IMG/VR virus record: IMGVR_UViG_3300031953_000001
From: a virus
Lineage: Duplodnaviria; Caudoviricetes
Strand: one strand, 5' to 3'
Length of the DNA stretch: 64,000 bases
Positions 58,090 through 64,000 of this stretch are shown here, in pieces. Numbering within the stretch: the stretch's first letter is position 1; each line of letters begins with the position of its first letter. Under the pieces are notes generated by a model. It was not told the DNA's origin. It searched no databases and saw only the letters and a program-made list of their open reading frames with translations. The translations under genes were made by a program, and so were the position numbers.

Positions 58090-59301
58090 ATGGCAACTTT
58101 ACAAGACCTTCAGACCAAACGTGACGAGCTTAACTCAGCGATCGTGGCTTACACTCAGGCGGTACAAGCCGGCGTTCAGATCGACATAACCACCACCAAA
58201 GCCGCAGCTCAAGCCAAAGGCGATGAATACGCCAAGTTAATCTCTCAGGTTAAGCAAGACGACCCAGCCGTCACCAACGACGATCAGCTGTTCAGCCGCC
58301 CTGCGGCCATGAACGCCTTAGCACGTCAAGATGTGGCAACGATTATGACGACAGGCCGAATGTTCGGCGCTGGCATGAAGTTACTCGTTGACACCGAAGG
58401 CAATGCATCAGGTGCTACTAATGTGATCTTGTCGTTTGCCGCCGGTAGCGACGTCACCATCGATTGGGGTGACGGTACTGGCTATCAGGCGTACACTGGA
58501 GCTGCATCTCACAACTACGCGACTCCAGGTCAGTACACCGTGGAAGTCCACGGCACCGTCAACGGTTTCACCACCGCACTAAGTGAAAACCGTCAACAGA
58601 TCAAAGACGTCATGCAATGGGGTTTGTTAGAGTTTGCTTCTACTGCCATGATGTTTCAACAACGCCTTGGGTTTGTGATCAGCGCTTCCGATGGGCCGAC
58701 GATCTTACCAGGCGCCAGTTGCGCTCAGATGTTCTACAACGCTAATGATTTCAACAGCAACATCGACCATTGGGACATGGGCAACGTCGTTAACATGTAC
58801 TACATGTTTAGTTTCGCCACGAACTTCAACCAACCACTCAACGGTTGGAACGTCAGCAACGTCACTGACATGGCCGGGATGTTCTTTAACACACTCGGGT
58901 TCAATCGACCGATCGGTAACTGGGACGTCAGCAACGTCACTGACATGTCTCGCATGTTCTACAAAGCCAACGCCTTCAACCAAGCTCTGAACGCCTGGAA
59001 CGTCGGTAGTGTTACTAACATGTTATTCATGTTCAGAGACGCCACGAACTTCAACCAACCACTCAACGGTTGGAACGTCAGCAACGTCACTGTCATGAGC
59101 GATATGTTCAATCAAGCCGACGCTTTCAATCAACCGTTGTACTTGTGGGATGTAAGTAGTGTTACTAGCATGCCATATATGTTCGCCAACGCTGACTCCT
59201 TCAACCAAAACCTCAGTGGTTGGAATGTGAGTCAAGTGACTTCGTACACCGGGTTTAATGTTAACAGCGCATTGGTCGCTGGTAACGTACCTAACTTCTA
59301 A
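58090..59301 (+). CDS. DUF285/BspA-type repeat protein, paralog D (7 repeats)
   Basis: Same N-terminal module, PKD-like domain and repeats; TATG at 58048-58051; terminators on both sides. Confidence 0.85.
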   Translation: MATLQDLQTKRDELNSAIVAYTQAVQAGVQIDITTTKAAAQAKGDEYAKLISQVKQDDPAVTNDDQLFSRPAAMNALARQDVATIMTTGRMFGAGMKLLVDTEGNASGATNVILSFAAGSDVTIDWGDGTGYQAYTGAASHNYATPGQYTVEVHGTVNGFTTALSENRQQIKDVMQWGLLEFASTAMMFQQRLGFVISASDGPTILPGASCAQMFYNANDFNSNIDHWDMGNVVNMYYMFSFATNFNQPLNGWNVSNVTDMAGMFFNTLGFNRPIGNWDVSNVTDMSRMFYKANAFNQALNAWNVGSVTNMLFMFRDATNFNQPLNGWNVSNVTVMSDMFNQADAFNQPLYLWDVSSVTSMPYMFANADSFNQNLSGWNVSQVTSYTGFNVNSALVAGNVPNF

Positions 59302-59302
59302 C

Positions 59303-59338
59303 CGACATAGAGGAGGGCTTGCGCCCTCCTCGTATTTT
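59303..59338. terminator. terminator between convergent genes
   Basis: cgacata-gaggagggc-ttgc-gccctcctc-gtatttt. Confidence 0.8.
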
Positions 59339-59357
59339 GCCTTAACATCTAGCTGCT

Positions 59358-60176
59358 TTATTTACCGCGCCCGATCATCGATGAGATGAACGAGTGCATT
59401 CGTGGTCTATCATTTGTGAAGCTGGCTTTACCCCAGTTCTCTCGGTAGTACTCCATGTACATCTCGTTCGCATCGACGTAGTTATCCACCGTCTCACGAA
59501 TGCGCCCCAGAGGCACGCCACCACTCAACACCCCTTGATCCATGGCGATGTTGGTGTTGTTGTAGATGTAGGCTTTGGTGGCCAATTCCACCAACCGCCC
59601 GTAGACCTGAAAGATCCCTGGGTTGAGGTTCATCATTCCCTGGTCGTTCTCCACCAAACAGGTCAGCCCCAACTGATCCGACAGGTGGGTGATGTCGTCT
59701 CGGATCATCACGGTGTTGTCACCAATTAACTGACAGTTGGCGGTGGACACGACGGGCATGCTGGCTAAAGCCCGATACATGTCTTGCGCCGCGGCCAGAA
59801 GCTGATTCGACTGCCCTTGGTAGTAACTGGGTTGGCCGTGGTGGTTGATGTAGTTCAAGGTGCGGATGGAGACAATGCTACGTCCCCCGGTTGCCTCATG
59901 GGGTACACGCACCACGCGAGTAGCGTAGTCGATCTGCTCGTACGAAAAAGGACGTAGGTCAATACCGATCATGGTACCCCCCACCAGATTGCAGTCGATG
60001 TTGACACGGCCTTCAATGACTTTGTCACGAATGGAGGCGTCGATGGACACGTTCTGCTCGTTACCGCGCCAGCGTGCGCCGAAGGAGGTAATGGCTTGTG
60101 GTGAGAAGGCCAGTCGCAATACCGAGTCGGGAATGCTGTGACGGACATTGTTCAAAGCGTAGGTAATAGCGTTCAT
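59358..60176 (-). CDS. conserved phiKZ-like virion protein divergent from PhuZ
   Basis: 272 aa; MNAITYALNNV start, LVELATKAYIYN; AGGAG upstream and TATG at 60203-60200 (-). Confidence 0.65.
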   Translation of the reverse strand: MNAITYALNNVRHSIPDSVLRLAFSPQAITSFGARWRGNEQNVSIDASIRDKVIEGRVNIDCNLVGGTMIGIDLRPFSYEQIDYATRVVRVPHEATGGRSIVSIRTLNYINHHGQPSYYQGQSNQLLAAAQDMYRALASMPVVSTANCQLIGDNTVMIRDDITHLSDQLGLTCLVENDQGMMNLNPGIFQVYGRLVELATKAYIYNNTNIAMDQGVLSGGVPLGRIRETVDNYVDANEMYMEYYRENWGKASFTNDRPRMHSFISSMIGRGK

Positions 60177-60232
60177 GAGATAGGCTCCTTAAGTCGGGTC
60201 ATAAGATGCTCTGTGATTGGAACCCTCAGAAT

Positions 60233-60256
60233 CTTAGGGATATATCATCCAAGGGT
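60233..60256 (+). promoter_or_regulatory. putative early promoter upstream of phuZ
   Basis: cttagggatatatcatccaagggtag. Confidence 0.7.
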
Positions 60257-60407
60257 AGTTGTATTCACCCCACCCGGAGACTTATACTGAGACCCACACA
60301 TCCGACACCCCTGTGTCCAACGTACCCTGATGGTTTTTACTAACAGGCAATGACCAATAACATGCAAGTATTGCGCAATACTTCAATCGAAACTTTAGGA
60401 GTTATAC

Positions 60408-61367
60408 ATGTCTAAGAAATTACGAGTATTTGGCTGTGGCGGTGCGGGTATTAACCTGGTGACTCATTACTTCGGTAAAGACGCCGAAGCGGGCATGGCC
60501 GAGATGGCCCCAGCGCTGATCGACACCAGTCGCTCTAACCTTATGGGCCGTAAGATTGACGAGGACTCCACGTACTTGGTAGAAGGCTTGGATGGCTCCG
60601 GTAAGATCCGCTCCGAGAACTACGACTCTATCAATAAGACCATCAAACAGATCCTGGTTCAAATCCCCCCCTGCGATATGAACGTAGTGGTGTTCAGTGC
60701 CTCAGGCGGCTCCGGGTCAGTCATCGGTCCGCTGATCATTAAGCACCTGAACGAGAAACAGATCCCTGTAATCGCGATGGTCATCGGCAGCGACGAATCC
60801 ACCATCGCCGCAGAAAACACCCTCAAAACCATCAAGTCGTTGGAACTGGTGGCTAAGAACTCCAACATGCCGGTCATCATGTCGTTCCACAAAAACGATT
60901 TGGCTGGTCGGCGTTCTGACGTGGATCGTTCCGTGTGGTCAGTGATTTCATGCTTGAGCATTCTGTCGTCTGGCCAAAACGCTGAGATGGACTACCGTGA
61001 TCTGGTGCATTGGGTACAGTACACTAAGATCAACGGCGGCCGCGCTCAACTGGCAACCATGCACGTGGCTACTTCAGCCGAGCACATGAAACGCATCACC
61101 TCACCTTTGTCGGTTGCCAGCTTGTACGGCAACCCGGATCAGGAACACCTGGCCACCTCGGCGGATTACCAGTCAGTGGGTTACACCGATCTGTCCAACA
61201 CCGATTTCGATCAGATCCACTTCGTCATCGGCGTGAACGACTTGTCCCGTATAGGACGGGATTTAAAGTCACAGGTAAGTCAGCTGTTAGAAGAACGAGG
61301 CGCTCGGTTGGACGTTGATTCCATCCTCGACTCAGAAGACAACACCGATCAAGACGTTGTGCTATGA
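60408..61367 (+). CDS. phuZ: PhuZ phage tubulin
   Basis: GCGGAGINL, IDTS.SN, GLDGSGK.R, tubulin signature SASGGSGS, acidic C-terminal tail; AGGAG upstream. Confidence 0.93.
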   Translation: MSKKLRVFGCGGAGINLVTHYFGKDAEAGMAEMAPALIDTSRSNLMGRKIDEDSTYLVEGLDGSGKIRSENYDSINKTIKQILVQIPPCDMNVVVFSASGGSGSVIGPLIIKHLNEKQIPVIAMVIGSDESTIAAENTLKTIKSLELVAKNSNMPVIMSFHKNDLAGRRSDVDRSVWSVISCLSILSSGQNAEMDYRDLVHWVQYTKINGGRAQLATMHVATSAEHMKRITSPLSVASLYGNPDQEHLATSADYQSVGYTDLSNTDFDQIHFVIGVNDLSRIGRDLKSQVSQLLEERGARLDVDSILDSEDNTDQDVVL

Positions 61368-61384
61368 TGCCACCGCTTCTGTGG

Positions 61385-61955
61385 TTGGGGTATCGGATGT
61401 TCTGGGGGGTTGTTGTCTTGCCCTCCTGGTGTAGAGAAGGACTCTTAGTTCTTATCCTCACTCGCGATCCCTACCCTACCCCGAGCACTAAGGACGTCCT
61501 CCAAGCACGTCCTTATGCAGATGTGAGGGACAGACTGGAGTCGCCGTATTGTGGGTTCGGTAAGACTTGTCTGACACCCGCCTAAGGTTACTGGAGTCGC
61601 CATGCGACGTTTAGTGCTCTCAATGGGACTGTCGTGGGTTCAACCGTCTGACCTAGGGGTATTGCTCTGGTCGTGTATAGGCGTTGAACTTCCACCGGCG
61701 CCATCGAGTGATTATGAGCGGGTGCAAGAGAGTTTGATCCGAGTGACCTCTTTAAAAGTTCCGGCTTTTAAAGCATCAACTCACACCGTTTGGGTCGGTG
61801 GATTGATTCTGGCGCACCCACCGTACTGAGATAGACTCAATAGGGCCCCATTTTTGTGGCTCTCGCCGTTGATTCGGTTGGAGGTTGAACCGTCTGTGGA
61901 CAATGCGATTCGTTCGTGTTGGTTCCACGTGGCGGTTCAACCTCCTTTATTTTTT
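61385..61955 (+). ncRNA. candidate structured non-coding RNA region downstream of phuZ
   Basis: Several 5-13 bp helices, a repeated 12-mer, and a final 13-bp perfect stem with a U-tract; no convincing ORF. Confidence 0.35.
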
Positions 61956-62089
61956 GTCTATCTCTTGAGTAAACGGTGCGTATAATACCCGTACAACGCT
62001 CTGAGACTAACGTGAATAGGCGTTACTCTATCAATTGGTACATAGATGGCTATTCCTATGTAAAGGGCCATAGAAAGCACTCCAGACGT

Positions 62090-62113
62090 TTTCAGGGATA
62101 TATTATCCAAGTG
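62090..62113 (+). promoter_or_regulatory. putative early promoter
   Basis: tttcagggatatattatccaagtg. Confidence 0.7.
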
Positions 62114-62147
62114 TTATCTTATCCTTGACCAGAAGCGAGAGACCCCT

Positions 62148-62573
62148 GTGATCTTAATCTTTGACGTGCACGAGCATCTCTATCGCTTGGAGCAACGCTC
62201 TCGGCGACCAGAGTCTCTACTGTTGCACATGGTTGGCCACCATTTGTATCGGGAATACCATTTGAACACCGTACACCGAATCCTGTCGGTCGAACACATC
62301 AAGCACTACCCGGAGTTTCACCGCCTGTTCAGAATTGAGCTGAGTCTGGTGGGAACCTCCATTGTCCGCACAGGCTCGTTCGATGGCCACTTAACCTTAA
62401 TCAACAATGACCTCTGCGTCACCTTAGAAACGACCAGGATTGGAGCACATGCACCCACACACCAAATCTCAGATCATCACCTTGAGCGGCTGGGCCGATA
62501 TCGCCACTGCCTTGATCCACAGTTTTCTATACACCCAACTCGAAGAGTACAGTCCCGACCCCGAGGTGGTTGA
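62148..62573 (+). CDS. hypothetical protein
   Basis: First ORF after the early-promoter motif; overlaps the next ORF, so the extent is uncertain. Confidence 0.5.
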   Translation: MILIFDVHEHLYRLEQRSRRPESLLLHMVGHHLYREYHLNTVHRILSVEHIKHYPEFHRLFRIELSLVGTSIVRTGSFDGHLTLINNDLCVTLETTRIGAHAPTHQISDHHLERLGRYRHCLDPQFSIHPTRRVQSRPRGG

Positions 62574-62979
62574 GAAGTTAAGTCTTAAGTGGACCATCAA
62601 AGACAGCACTCACTGGGTTGGCGTGATGTTGGACGATGAGTTCAACCGTCAGATGGCGTGGGCCGATGGCACCGATGTGGCGTTTGATTCGATCATGCTC
62701 CAGATGAGCGAGAAGTACGGTTCGGCCTTACCTCAGATACTGCACCTGGACAAACCGAACAAAACCCAACGGACCTTGTTCTTAGAAGATCTGATTGTGA
62801 CCTTGGACCCCGTTACGGTGGTGATCGGTGAGTTCGTCTCGGACTTGGTCAAGCAAAACCCTTGGTGGGTCTGGTCGATTCACGGTCGTGGCGATGTGGT
62901 CTTATTGGAGTCGGATGAGGATTTCCGCATCAAGATGTTTAATCAAAAAATAGAAACGGGCGAATGGTCCATTAAGTGA
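62440..62979 (+). CDS. hypothetical protein
   Basis: 179 aa ORF in the early cluster. Confidence 0.65.
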   Translation: MEHMHPHTKSQIITLSGWADIATALIHSFLYTQLEEYSPDPEVVEKLSLKWTIKDSTHWVGVMLDDEFNRQMAWADGTDVAFDSIMLQMSEKYGSALPQILHLDKPNKTQRTLFLEDLIVTLDPVTVVIGEFVSDLVKQNPWWVWSIHGRGDVVLLESDEDFRIKMFNQKIETGEWSIK

Positions 62980-62985
62980 GGGCGT

Positions 62986-63354
62986 ATGGTTTACGAGTAT
63001 CGCCACCAATTAAAACTCTATGAGGTAGGGTCGTATCTGATCGACTACCTTGATGAGTACGCCATCGTGCCCTTTGCAGGCACCATTCACAACAGTCTGG
63101 AATCGTACGTGCGCTTCTTGCTGATGAACGACTACCATCAAGCGTCTCAACTCAAAGCCACGCTCACTCGCCTACTGCCCCCGGAGTGTGTAGAACCGCT
63201 CGCCGACACCATCCACGACCTGCTGTTGTCTCAGCTCCGCCCTTTCCTCAATCTGGATGAGGGCGAATCGGTGGTGTCGGTGCGGGTGCAGCGCAACTAC
63301 GACATTGAGGTCATTGTGGAAGAGCTGGACGGCGCCCATTTGATTCAGGCTTAA
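62986..63354 (+). CDS. hypothetical protein
   Basis: GAGG before the ATG; tight spacing to the upstream gene. Confidence 0.7.
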   Translation: MVYEYRHQLKLYEVGSYLIDYLDEYAIVPFAGTIHNSLESYVRFLLMNDYHQASQLKATLTRLLPPECVEPLADTIHDLLLSQLRPFLNLDEGESVVSVRVQRNYDIEVIVEELDGAHLIQA

Positions 63355-63375
63355 CCCTAAACGTAAAGGACGGTT

Positions 63376-63930
63376 TTGGCCGTCCTTTATTCACAGAAGG
63401 CAATCTATATGACCAGTCATTCGACGTTGATGGATTTGTATTCGGTGCATCAGATCTTCCGCGACCGTATGCTGGAGATCATCCACACACACCCCACCAC
63501 GGTAGCGCCTTTGGTAGTTGTGGACGATTTCTTTGATATCTGCACCCACCGCGCTTCTGATGCGGTACAGTTCTTTGACGACGCCGGTACCCAACGCCGA
63601 CACCTAGATCCCAACAAGATTCATCGGGTGATGGTCAGTGGGCATATGCAAGACATCTTCTTTGATGAAATCGGCGACTACGTCTTTGAGGCCAACTACT
63701 TCGACAACGACGCGATCGAGAACAAGTTCGTTCACCACGACATCGCCTCTGTCTGTTGTAACGCCGTGGGGGAGATCCTACGAGTGATCATGGGTGTAGT
63801 GGTACAGTTCCCTGAGGGCCGCCGGTTCTTTCATCCTGACAACACCAAATTGAATCTGGCCATGACCGATTTGATCATCGAACAGATTCCCCATCGACGT
63901 GATGTAAAGGTCACCGTTAGGTTTGAGTGA
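63376..63930 (+). CDS. hypothetical protein
   Basis: 184 aa; alternative ATG at 63409 with GAAGG upstream. Confidence 0.7.
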   Translation: MAVLYSQKAIYMTSHSTLMDLYSVHQIFRDRMLEIIHTHPTTVAPLVVVDDFFDICTHRASDAVQFFDDAGTQRRHLDPNKIHRVMVSGHMQDIFFDEIGDYVFEANYFDNDAIENKFVHHDIASVCCNAVGEILRVIMGVVVQFPEGRRFFHPDNTKLNLAMTDLIIEQIPHRRDVKVTVRFE

Positions 63931-63931
63931 T

Positions 63932-64000
63932 ATGAGCAGATCCCCATTACTTATCCTGTCTATGTACGAGTCGTTGGGTTTCTTAAAGGAATCCCTACAG
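63932..64000 (+). CDS. start of a gene running off the window
   Basis: ATG one base after the previous stop; frame open to the window end. Confidence 0.4.
   Translation, partial: MSRSPLLILSMYESLGFLKESLQ

Noticed and set aside
58816-59092. Near-identical repeats in a variable binding-type gene suggested a diversity-generating retroelement.
   Set aside because: No reverse transcriptase in the window, the copies are identical rather than differing at adenines, and both are in-frame coding repeats.
61534-61601. Repeated 12-mer actggagtcgcc as a possible mini-CRISPR array.
   Set aside because: Only two copies, far shorter than CRISPR repeats, with no cas genes or leader.
61620-61660. gtgggttcaacc resembles a tRNA T-loop.
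   Set aside because: No acceptor, D or anticodon arms could be assembled around it.
643-63603. Many 60-280 aa ORFs antisense to or overlapping long genes (for example 6826-7536, 17230-17886, 50947-51783).
   Set aside because: They are shadows of well-supported genes on the other strand or frame, with no RBS or recognisable motifs.
1-64000. Stop-codon reassignment, seen in some jumbo phages.
   Set aside because: Core genes are full length under the standard code; the only break is explained by the intron.

Overview
This 64 kb window is part of a phiKZ-related jumbo phage genome (Chimalliviridae-like, nucleus-forming). Family assignments below come from motif recognition and recalled gene order, not from database searches. 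Core genes: RNase H, UvsX/RecA, an i-/o-spanin pair, four or probably five subunits of the split virion RNA polymerase, gp181/gp182-like tail proteins, prohead protease, tail tube, tail sheath, three baseplate/tail proteins, terminase large subunit and the tubulin PhuZ. The block from the gp182 homolog to the terminase follows the order I recall for SPN3US-like phages. The virion RNAP beta gene is split by a group I intron (31866-33264) whose splice sites and core helices are readable in the sequence and which carries an HNH homing endonuclease. A second, free-standing HNH gene overlaps the terminase start. Notable accessory content: (i) four dispersed paralogs with a near-constant N-terminal module, a PKD-like domain and 5-11 DUF285/BspA-type repeats, showing patchwork nucleotide identity; (ii) a YbaK-HDOD protein resembling the Pseudomonas motility/biofilm regulator SadB; (iii) two long, ORF-poor, helix-rich intergenic regions (about 56.3-56.8 kb and 61.4-62.0 kb) that look like structured ncRNAs; (iv) a CGGCATA motif attached to most terminator hairpins; (v) NADAR, SLOG, HAD, DUF488-like and RyR-domain genes. 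No tRNA, rRNA or CRISPR array was found.
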